From Macrostomum lignano (Eukaryota): a stretch of DNA of 64,000 nt. Numbering within the stretch: the first letter of the stretch is position 1; each line of letters starts with the position of its first letter. The translations under genes and the position numbers were made by a program. The notes under the pieces were generated by a model. It was not told where the DNA came from. It did not search any database and was given only the letters and a program-made list of their open reading frames with translations. Of this stretch, positions 13,425-30,500 are shown piece by piece. The stretch lies in the NCBI GenBank assembly GCA_002269645.1, contig NIVC01000803.1:1-64000 (forward strand), read 5' to 3'.

Positions 13425-14310
13425 GGGGCGCCACCTCGGCGGGGGCGCCGTTTTGGGAACACCTCTTAGATCTTAGGGGCGCCGTCGTGAGGGCGCCATC
13501 TGGGGGGCGCTTTTTTGGGACCACCATCTTAGAGGCGCCGTTTTGGGAACACCATCTTAGAGGCGCCGTTTTGGGAACACCATCTTAGAGGCGCCGTTTT
13601 GGAAACACCATCTTAGAGGCGCCGTTTTGGAAACACCATCTTAGAGGCGCCGTTTTGGGAACACCATCTTAGAGGCGCCGTTTTGGGAACACCATCTTAG
13701 AGGCGCCGTTTTGGGAACACCATCTTAGAGGCGCCGTTTTGGGAACACCATCTTAGAGGCGCCGTTTTGGGAACACCATCTTAGAGGCGCCGTTTTGGGA
13801 ACACCATCTTAGAGGCGCTGTTTTGGGAACACCATCTTAGAGGCGCCGTTTTGGGAACACCATCTTAGAGGCGCCGTTTTGGGAACACCATCTTAGGGGC
13901 GCCGTTTTGGGAACACCATCTTAGAGGCGCCGTTTTGGGAACACCATCTTAGAGGCGCCGTTTTGGGAACACCATCTTAGAGGCGCCGTTTTGGGAACAC
14001 CATCTTAGAGGCGCCGTTTTGGGAACACCATCTTAGAGGCGCCGTTTTGGGAACACCATCTTAGAGGCGCCGTTTTGGGAACACCATCTTAGGGGCGCCG
14101 TTTTGGGAACACCATCTTAGAGGCGCCGTTTTGGGAACACCATCTTAGGGGCGCCGTTTTGGGAACACCATCTTAGGGGCGCCGTTTTGGGAACACCATC
14201 TTAGGGGCGCCGTCGTGGGGGCGCTACCTCGGGGAGCGCCGTCTTGGGTGCGCCACCTGGGGGCGCTATTTTGGGAACACCATCTTAGGGGCGCCGTCGT
14301 GGGGACGCCA
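13425..14310. repeat. 28-bp minisatellite (TTTTGGGAACACCATCTTAGAGGCGCCG)
   Basis: About 25 near-perfect units with degenerate flanks. Confidence 0.95.
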
Positions 14311-14972
14311 GCAGCGTTAGAGGAACTGCTAAAATTATGTTAACATTTTTTCGGACATTTTCAATTGCCATTGACCCCTATTTTTGCGGCAACAAAAACA
14401 AGTGGAATTGAACTTCAACTGTTGGTTCGGAAAAATATGTTTTTGTTTTCTTGCCTCCCTCGATCCGTTCCGGGCGGGCGGGAGGCGCTGGGGCTGCCGG
14501 ACTGCACCGGTGCGGCCTTAGAGAACGAAAAACAGGCCGTCAGGTAACGCATCGGTGCGCCCTAAAGTTTTCCGGAACGAACCCTTCAGCTGGTCTAAGC
14601 GGACAAACATGTTTACTGGAAGTCAAACTGGAGTTCACCCTGCGGTGCATCCCAGCTGCCGGAGGCTGGATTCCCCATCTGAAAGCTGCAGGAATGGATC
14701 CAACCAGTTCCTGATTCGCCGGTCGGGATTCTCTGCACTCCTGCGCGCCTTGGCAGTCAAAACACGCACCGGAATGCGTTGTCAACAGAATTCCGAACTC
14801 TTAGATCGAACCGAAGCTGCTAAGGTGCAAAACAGATCGAAGAGTTCGAAAAATACCGCCAAGTCTATAAAAATGGCCTCGCCGGAGTCCCGTTCGACAT
14901 CAAATCTCCAAGGAGCTCATTCAGCGATAGAAAACTTTACAGTCCAAGCCAAGCAATCTCAGACAGTCCAGC

Positions 14973-16563
14973 ATGAACTTCATCAAGGATTCGATCTTCG
15001 GCCGGCCGGACGAGCCGGAGAAGCTCAAGAAGAAGATCCCGGGACCCGGAGTGGCGATTCTGGGCGACCTGCCGACCGCCACCAAGTGGACGCTGGCGAA
15101 CCCGGGCAAGCTGCCGATGCACCGCACCCTGGAGCTGCACGGCCAGTTCGGCCCGGTCTACTCCTTCGGCGTCGGCTCGGCCACCTTCGTGATCGTCGGC
15201 GACCCGGCCATGTTCCGCCAGGTGCTCACTCACGAGGACTTTCAGGAGCACATCAACCTGCCATTCCTCAAGACCTTCGGCGCCCGCAAAGGAATCTTCA
15301 TGGCCGACTACGAGCGCTGGAAGGTGCACCGCCGGTTCAGCCATCGCATCCTGCGAGACCTGGGCTTCGGCAAGATCCAGATGCAGGTGAGAGACGCAGC
15401 TGATCATGGTTGAGTTCAGGTACAGCCCATCCAATCATTCAGGCATTCCAAATCAAGCCCTGTTACTCCACTCTCCCCAATCAGGACAACATCCTCCGTG
15501 AGGCAACTCACCTGGTGGACGATCTCCGGTCGCGATGCTCGGAGCCGGTGGAGACGCGCGCTGCCATGTCCTGCGCCGTGTCCAACGTCATCAACCAGCT
15601 GGTGTTCGGCAAGCGGTTCGACTACAGCGAGCCGGAGTTCGCCAGGCAGCTGGACAGCGCCCGCATGGTCACCAACATCAGCCTGACTCTCGTGTTCTTC
15701 CCCATGATGTTCCCTGGCTGGAGGGCCACCCGGACGTCATGAAGGCCCTGCCGGGCTCCGCCAGCTTCGCCGAGGGCTACGCCTTCATCAAGGCCTTCTG
15801 CAAGCGCGAGATCGCCTGGCACAAGGAGAAGTTGGACTTCAACAATAACGAGGCCGACCAGCCCGAGGACTTCATCACCGCCTTCCTCCGCGAGCAGGTG
15901 CGCCAGGACCCCGACTCGGAGCACTACTTCACTGATGACGATCTGTGCGACATTGTGGCCGACTTCTTCGTGGCCGGCACCGACACCACGGCCGTGGCGC
16001 TCACCTGGGCCGCCCTGCTACTGGCCAAGCACCAGGACGTGCAGGACAAAGTCCGCGCCGAGCTCTTCTACCTCGGCGACACCATCCTGGAGAAGCAGGC
16101 CGGCCTGCACTACACCCGCGCCTTCTGGGACGAGGTGCTGCGCTTCTGCATGCTGGTGCCCCTCAACATGCGCCACTCAGTCCGAGAGACCAGCGTCGGC
16201 GGCTACCGTATCCCGGCCGACACGGTGGTCGGCGCCAACGCCTACGCGGTGTCGCGCAACGCCGAGCTGTTCCCCGAGCCGGAGACGTTCCGGCCGGCGC
16301 GGTTCCTGGACGCCGAGGGCTGCTACTGCCGCAGCCCGGCCATGGACGGCCTCGTGTTCGGCGCCGGCAAGCGGGGCTGCATGGGCGAGAGCCTCGCCCG
16401 CATGGAGATGCTGGTCTTCCTGGCCAGCCTGGTACAGAACTTCCAGCTGGAGCTGCCGGAGAAGGAGCGACCGAGGTTCAGAGAGATCTTCATCGGCGAG
16501 GATGGCGCGGTGCACCAGCCGAAGCAGCACCGGATTCTGTTCACCGAGCTGCCCAGGGACTGA
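14973..16563 (+). CDS. Cytochrome P450, CYP2 clan; two exons, one 1-nt frameshift
   Basis: Exons 14973-15386 and 15485-16563. Motifs PGP hinge, WKVHRRF (C helix), AGTDTT (I helix), EVLR (ExxR), PETFRPARF, FGAGKRGCMGESLA (heme). One C is missing in TTCCCTGG at 15712-15714; restoring it gives MMFPWLEGH. Confidence 0.92.
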
Positions 16564-16974
16564 GCCAGAGTTTGTCCTTGACTGAACCCGGGAGATCCCC
16601 ACCCGCCAGCTGGTTCTATTTTTGCATCAGTGTTTTGCCCATTGCAGTAGCGGGATTTTCCTCCCACCATCACCATGCCTTGCCTCGAATTCCTTCAGCA
16701 TGTACAGTTCGCGCGCATTTCGCATCTAAAATAAAACTTTAGTACAAAAGTACAAGAAAGGTCATATCCGTGCTTTGCCGAAGCGGCTGTCGAATAGCAA
16801 ACGTTACGCTATAATATCTGATTTATTTAAAACGATTTTAACAATGGAAACATAGAAAATCTGCTTGTCACAGCACTCTGCTCGCATATTTAACCATTGG
16901 ATCATCACAGCAGCGCTTTCTAAGAAACTTAAGAAATTCGTAGCTATGTATCAACATATTTTGCATTAAATATA

Positions 16975-17540
16975 TGCTCACTCACCCATTCACTCACCCA
17001 CTCACTCACCCACTTGCTCACTCACTCATTCACTCACTCACTCAATCACTCATTCACTCACTCACTCACTCACTCACTCACTCCCTCATTCACTCAATCA
17101 ATCACTCACTCACTCACTCACTCACTCACTCACTCACTCACTCACTCACTCACTCACTCATTCACTCACTCACTCCCTCCCTCATTCACTCAATCAATCA
17201 CTCACTCACTCACTCACTCACTCACTCACTCACTCACTCACTCACTCACTCACTCACTCACTCACTCACTCACTCACTCACTCACTCACTCACTCACTCA
17301 CTCACTCACTCACTCACTCACTCACTCATTCACTCACTTAACAACTTAATCAATCACCCACTCACTCACTCAATCACTTACTCACTTACTCACTCACTCA
17401 CTCACTCACTCACTCACTCACTCACTCACTCACTCACTCACTCACTCACTCACTCACTCACTCACTCACTCACTCACTCACTCACTCACTCACTCACTCA
17501 CTCACTCACTCACTCACTCACTCACTCACTCACTCAAACT
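16975..17540. repeat. (CTCA)n tetranucleotide microsatellite
   Basis: Direct reading. Confidence 0.95.
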
Positions 17541-17819
17541 CATAATCAAACTCATAATCAAAATCAAACTCATTAAAACTCAAATAGCGATGATTACAGA
17601 AGAATGTAAACAGAAAAACGAACTGTTCATGCAGTAATTTTAGGAAACAAAAATTTTCATGGAAAAATATTTATAGAATCTGGCGATGCCGTAAACAGCG
17701 CATAAAATAAGAGTACTGCATGAGTGTCATTCAGTACTCATAACAAACATGCAATTTACACGCATGCGAGTGTACAGTACAGCATGCCCCAGATCGCAGT
17801 CAGTCGAGCCTCTCTCTCT

Positions 17820-23152
<5,333 letters not shown>

Positions 23153-24544
23153 GATTCCTTAATAACCTTGAAATATTTGGTTATAGTTGGTTTATCAGGA
23201 ATATTTTAACAAGTTACCATTGTTAAACAACAATGGAGTCATGGGACTTTGCCAAACAAAAATAAGTTTGAAGATATAAATCCAGTATTTTTATTAAATA
23301 GTAGATCCAAATAAGAGCTAAAGCATATGTGTAGCATTTTTAAGACTTCGAAAATGTGAATTTTGTTTATTTAGGCAAAAACAAATTCGACGGGTTCGAT
23401 CATAAATACACGTGCAGTCGCAAATCCACTCACCTAATTCTAATTGTCTAATTTCCTGTTCGATATGAATTTCTAAAACCACTCAAGATAAGGCACGACG
23501 TGAAAATTCGACATATTCGGTTAAGCGATCAGGACGACCAAGTCAAGACGAAGACAAACAAACAACATAAAAAGAGTAGATCGTTTAAAACTCTAATGCG
23601 TCATCACACAAATTTTTATCTTAGTTTTGATCTTAATGATTTTAAAAAGGTTGCAGTATAAAATACATGACAATGTGCCGTCCAGTCGCAACTTATAAAC
23701 AATAACTGACAAAGTAATAATTGTCAGTCTTGTTACGGGCTCGTATTTCAAAATATCAATAACAATAGCATGAATATGCAGTATGCACAGTTATTTTTAT
23801 ATGTTGTTCCTTTCTCGATATCAGTCGGTCGTAGAGTATGGATTGGTTTATTTTGTTTGATCAGATACAAGCTAGTTTCAAAATCTTCAATGACAATGAT
23901 AATAAAAGGAGTAGAAAACTTTTACATGTAATTTGTGAATTGATCGATGAACTATACATGTACATGCACAGAATACTTGCACCTGGTGTACACATATGCA
24001 GTGTAGTGTATGCAGTAGCTACTTGCTAGAAAGTTCGTTTGAATAGAAACAGGGAGTTTTTGCTTATTTTACATAAAGGTCTGCTCAAACATTCACACAG
24101 AATAATCGAAAATAACAGCAGTTGAGTCCTACACTCACTGCACTCTGCAGTAGATCTCATATCCACGCTGAGCTACATTTCAGCGCAAACAGAAACTTTG
24201 TGCACAGTAGCCATTGGTAGCCAAAATTGCGGACCCAAGCGTCTCAGTTTCCGCTCAAACAGTGTTTAAGCCAACCCGGCAAGTGGAAAGCCTTTTGAGT
24301 TGAATAAATCGATTCCTGCCAGCACTCTGGTCAGGGGGCGGCTGCCGGCTGAAAAGATCCCCCACCTCCGCGCTGAACTTCCCACGCATTTTTTATTGGC
24401 AACACAGGAGCGCCGATCTCGTCTGCTCAGTGCTATGAATTTCTGCAACTTATTCAAATAAGAAGCTTCGAGAAAGAAGTTTGCGAGCTTGATTAAAAGA
24501 AGTTTCGAAACTGGACAGCCGACAGGATAATTGAAGGTCAAGAA

Positions 24545-27500
24545 ATGCCTGGCAGGGGAGATCCACTGCGAGCTGCAGCGATCCTCATTGCTCTGACTTT
24601 GCTACTCTGTACTGATGGAGTTCAAGGCTGGTATCAGCTAAGTGAGTATCTTTGTGCTGCTGTCATTATTGATTAATTATGAATCTGAATTATATTTTTA
24701 TGCTTCAAAATAAAATTTCGCAAGTTTAATGAATCATAATTCTAAAGGAAAATTTTAACTGTCATTAAGATTAGTGAGCGACTCAATCAGTGAGCGACTC
24801 AATCAGTGAGCGACTCAATCAGTGAGCGACTCAATCAGTGAGCGACTCAATCAGTGAGCGACTCAATCAGTGAGCGACTCAATTAGTGAGCGACTCAATC
24901 AGTGAGCGACTCAATCAGTGAGCGACTCAATCAATGAGCGACTCAATCAGTGAGCGACTCAATCAATGAGCGACTCAATCAGTGAGCGACTCAATCAGTG
25001 AGCGACTAAATCAGTGAGCGACTCAATTAGTGAGCGACTCAATCAGTGAGCGACTCAATTAGTGAGCGACTCAATCAGTGAGCGACTCAATCAGTGAGCG
25101 ACTCAATTAGTGAGCGACTCAATTAGTGAGCGACTCAATTAGTGAGCGACTCAATCAGTGAGCGACTCAATCAGTGAGCGACTCAATCAGTGAGCGACTC
25201 AATCAGTGAGCGACTCAATTAGTGAGCGACTCAATCAGTGAGCGACTCAATCAGTGAGCGACTCAATTAGTGAGCGACTCAATCAGTGAGCGACTCAATC
25301 AGTGAGCGACTCAATCAGTGAGCGACTCAATCAGTGAGCGACTCAATCAGTGAGCGACTCAATCAGTGAGCGACTCAATCAGTGAGCGGCTCAATCAGTG
25401 AGCGACTCAATCAGTGAGCGACTCAATTAGTGAGCGACTCAATTAGTGAGCGACTCAATCAGTGAGCGACTCAATTAGTGAGCGACTCAATTAGTGAGCG
25501 ACTCAATCAGTGAGCGACTCAATCAGTGAGCGACTCAATCAGTGAGCGACTCAATCAGTGAGCGACTCAATCAGTGAGCGACTCAATCAGTGAGCGACTC
25601 AATTAGTGAGCGACTCAATTAGTGAGCGACTCAATCAGTGAGCGACTCAATTAGTGAGCGACTCAATCAGTGAGCGACTCAATCAGTGAGCGACTCAATT
25701 AGTGAGCGACTCAATTAGTGAGCGACTCAATCAGTGAGCGACTCAATTAGTGAGCGACTCAATTAGTGAGCGACTCAATCAGTGAGCGACTCAATCAGTG
25801 AGCGACTCAATCAGTGAGCGACTCAATCAGTGAGCGACTCAATCAGTGAGCGACTCAATCAGTGAGCGACTCAATTAGTGAGCGACTCAATTAGTGAGCG
25901 ACTCAATCAATGAGCGACTCAATCAGTGAGCGACTCAATTAGTGAGCGACTCAATCAGTGAGCGACTCAATTAGTGAGCGACTCAATCAGTGAGCGACTC
26001 AATTAGTGAGCGACTCAATCAGTGAGCGACTCAATCAATGAGCGACTCAATCAGTGAGCGACTCAATCAGTGAGCGACTAAATCAGTGAGCGACTCAATT
26101 AGTGAGCGACTCAATCAGTGAGCGACTCAATTAGTGAGCGACTCAATCAGTGAGCGACTCAATCAGTGAGCGACTCAATCAGTGAGCGACTCAATCAGTG
26201 AGCGACTCAATCAGTGAGCGACTCAATCAGTGAGCGACTCAATTAGTGAGCGACTCAATCAGTGAGCGACTCAATCAGTGAGCGACTCAATTAGTGAGCG
26301 ACTCAATCAGTGAGCGACTCAATTAGTGAGCGACTCAATTAGTGAGCGACTCAATCAGTGAGCGACTCAATTAGTGAGCGACTCAATCAGTGAGCGACTC
26401 AATTAGTGAGCGACTCAATCAGTGAGCGACTCAATTAGTGAGCGACTCAATCAGTGAGCGACTCAATCAGTGAGCGACTCAATCAGTGAGCGACTCAATC
26501 AGTGAGCGACTCAATTAGTGAGCGACTCAATCAGTGAGCGACTCAATTAGTGAGCGACTCAATCAGTGAGCGACTCAATCAGTGAGCGACTCAATTAGTG
26601 AGCGACTCAATTAGTGAGCGACTCAATCAGTGAGCGACTCAATCAGTGAGCGACTCAATCAGTGAGCGACTCAATTAGTGAGCGACTCAATTAGTGAGCG
26701 ACTCAATCAGTGAGCGACTCAATTAGTGAGCGACTCAATCAGTGAGCGACTCAATCAGTGAGCGACTCAATCAGTGAGCGACTCAATTAGTGAGCGACTC
26801 AATCAGTGAGCGACTCAATCAGTGAGCGACTCAATCAGTGAGCGACTCAATCAGTGAGCGACTCAATTAGTGAGCGACTCAATCAGTGAGCGACTCAATT
26901 AGTGAGCGACTCAATCAGTGAGCGACTCAATCAGTGAGCGACTCAATTAGTGAGCGACTCAATTAGTGAGCGACTCAATCAGTGAGCGACTCAATTAGTG
27001 AGCGACTCAATCAGTGAGCGACTCAATTAGTGAGCGACTCAATTAGTGAGCGACTCAATTAGTGAGCGACTCAATCAGTGAGCGACTCAATCAGTGAGCG
27101 ACTCAATTAGTGAGCGACTCAATCAGTGAGCGACTCAATTAGTGAGCGACTCAATCAGTGAGCGACTCAATCAGTGAGCGACTCAATCAGTGAGCGACTC
27201 AATCAGTGAGCGACTCAATCAGTGAGCGACTCAATTAGTGAGCGACTCAATCAGTGAGCGACTCAATTAGTGAGCGACTCAATTAGTGAGCGACTCAATC
27301 AGTGAGCGACTCAATTAGTGAGCGACTCAATCAGTGAGCGACTCAATTAGTGAGCGACTCAATTAGTGAGCGACTCAATTAGTGAGCGACTCAATCAGTG
27401 AGCGACTCAATCAGTGAGCGACTCAATCAGTGAGCGACTCAATTAGTGAGCGACTCAATCAGTGAGCGACTCAATCAGTGAGCGACTCAATCAGTGAGCG

Positions 27501-30500
27501 ACTCAATCAGTGAGCGACTCAATCAGTGAGCGACTCAATCAGTGAGCGACTCAATCAGTGAGCGACTCAATCAGTGAGGCATTGAAATGTTAAATTGACG
27601 ACTTCAAGGAAGACGAAGCTCTTGGATACTCGGCGGTCAGCAGCGGCAGAGAAGCCACCAGCCAGCCGCCGCCGTCGCCGCCGTCCACCAGGCGACTCCA
27701 GACGCACCGCCAGGATTCCAATCGGCCGGCCGAGCAGCTGAGCTCCGCCCAGCCCAGCTCCAGCTCTGAGGCCGTGGATTTTCCTTCTTCAGCGCTGGCG
27801 TCGTCGCCGGCGGTGCCTGTCAGCCGGTAGGCGCGCAGTTTGAGCGCGCAAGTGTGCGCCGCGCCATGCGGCATGGCCAGCCGGGCGATGTCGCGCCACG
27901 AAGCCACTGGCGTCGGCAGACTGGAGGCTGGCGCCGGTTTCCAACGCAGGCGCCGTTGGCGCCGCTGCCGCAGAAGCGCCGGCCGGCTCCACCAGTCCGC
28001 CAGCAGCTCGCCGGTGGCGCGCAGCACGAGCTGCAGGCGGAGCTGCACTCGCTGCGCGGCTTCGCCGCCGTTTCGCCGCCAGAAGCGCAGCTGCCCGACC
28101 GACAGCCGGCCAGACCGGCGCCCGATGCGCAGCGCCAGGCGCAGGAGGTCCAGGCCGGCTGCTTCGTCGGCCTCGCTGTCCGCCTCCGCCGGCGCCTCCA
28201 AGTGGCGCCAGAACATGACGCCGTCGCCGCGGAGGCTGCCGGGCGGCAGGCGGCGCAGCGGCACGACAATCCGGCCGAGTAAGCGGCGCCGAGGCTCGGC
28301 GCCAGCGCTGTTGCATTCATCGCGCACCTCCAGCAGCAGCGCCAGATGCCGCTGATCAGCAGTGAGCAGCGACTCGTCGAATTTGTTGAACTCGAAGGCC
28401 TCCAGCCAGACCGGCCGGTTGGTGAGGATTCGAGCCCGGGTACGCAGCTGGTTGGTCTCGGCCTGGACCGGCAGGAACCGGAGAGTCACGTAGGGGCAGA
28501 GCTTGCCGTCGTTTGGCTGCAGTCCGACTGCCCTGAGCAGCTTCACCGTGAGCTTCCGCTGCGGCTTTGAGTAGTGAAAGCTGAGCAGCAGCTTGCCGAG
28601 CCCGGCGTCCTCGCCTGTACGGAGCGGCAAAGCTTGAGAATCTGTTGCGGTTGTCATTCTCTGGCTCTGCTCATGCAGTTAGCAAAACTTCATTGAATTT
28701 TGATATCAGTGTTCAGAGAGTGTACATGCCAGACAGGATTAGAAAGTCAAAGGGCCGTTGTAAACCCTGTGTGAGCGTGTGCATGAGTGCGTGCCTGAGT
28801 ACAGTATTGGCGCGCACAGAAAAGATTGTAATTTTTACCGCACAAAGACTCAAATCTTAACAAAAGCATTAGAGTATAACCAATCCATGGCACACGATGT
28901 CTCAGGACTCGATCGGACTGAAACAAAGACTCAAATCTTCACAAAAGCATTAGAGTATAACCAATCCATGTCACACGATGTCTCATGACTCGATCGGACT
29001 GAAACAAAGACTCAAATCTTCACAAAAGCATTAGAGTATAACCAATCCATGTCACACGATGTCTCAGGACTCGATCGGACTGAAACAAAGACTCAAATGT
29101 TAACAAAAGCATTAGAGTATAACCAATCCATGTCACACGATGTCTCAGGACTCGATCGGACTGAAACAAAGACTCAAATCTTAATAAAAGCATTAGAGTA
29201 TAACCAATCCATGTCACACGATGTCTCAGGACTCGATCGGACTGAAACAAAGACTCCAAGCGGCGCTCACCGAAAGTGTCAATCAGCTGCAATTCTTCCA
29301 GCTGACGCTGCATCGCCCCGTCCTGCCTGTTGGCTCCGGCTGAGCTGGCCAGGATGAAGCTGAAGATGCTGAGAGACGGGAAACAGTCGCACTACTGATA
29401 AATACTAGATTTTGGCAGCGGAGGAGCTTGAGCTGTCCCAGCTGCACTTGATGCACCGCGGGAGAGGTTGCGCCTCTACAAGCGTTTATATTATTCGAAT
29501 TTTTTAGCCGAGAGCAATGCTAAAGTAGCGAGGTCACATCGCTACACAGTTGAGATTACGTAATCGAGGTCAAATTCAGCACCCAAAGAGCCGTTTGGGG
29601 GGGGGGTTACAAAAACACAAGCTACCAGCTGTTTGTTGAAATTATAAGTTTTTCGAGAGATGAAACACTGTGCATGCTATCTTTGCAATGGTGCATGAGT
29701 CAAATATTTCTAAAACGTAAACTCTAGAAACATAATGGGGTAGGGCAGCTCAGCGGTGAACGCGTCGTCGGACTCTCGCGCCGCGACCCCTGGTTCGAAT
29801 CTGTGCGCAGCTTCATCAATTCGGGGCAATTCACAGCCATGAGAACCAACCGCCAAGGCGCAGAGAGTGTGCATGCTTAACATGGTTAGATAGTCAGTTA
29901 GATAGTACACTCCTGTGTGAGTGCGTGCCTGTGCGTATGACTGCGTACGTATCCGCGCGCTTGTGTGCCTGCTCAGGGCAGTAATGCCTCTCGCCGGTTG
30001 TGTGACAAAGTCGTGCTGCCTCTAATAACATAAAATCGTTCAGCTGAGCCCTTAACTGATTTTTCTTTCGTTGTTCCTTGAAGCCGATCTTCTCAACTCG
30101 TGCAGCGGCGTACCGGCGCCCACGGAGACGGGAATCGTCAGCGCGCAGGGATACACGGAGGGCCACCTGGCGGATTGCCACCTGCTGTTAGAGTCCATGC
30201 CTGGCAGGCAGCTGGTGCTCTCCATAGAGAATCTGCAGGTGCGAAATGTGCACCTGTTCCACAGGCGCTGCGACAACTACATACAGATTCTGGCAGGTTA
30301 GTTCACACGGACCTGTGTATCACTGTTCACTTGTTCCTCTCTCTTGTTAATTTTATCCTTGCTATCTTTCCCTTATTCTTTTCCTATTGCCTCAAATCCT
30401 GTCTGCTGATTCTCATAGACCTCTCTCCCCCCTCTCCTCCTCCCCTCTCTCCACCCTCCCTTCTCTCCTTACCTCTCTCCTTCCCTCTCTCCTCCTTCCC

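Noticed and set aside
14560-14790. Possible second tRNA-derived SINE on the minus strand
   Set aside because: The A and B boxes are weak and no clear second copy is present in the window.
24771-27578. CRISPR-like appearance of the regular arrays (also at 13.4, 19.1 and 60.1 kb)
   Set aside because: The units are head-to-tail with no unique spacers, there are no cas genes, and the context is eukaryotic.
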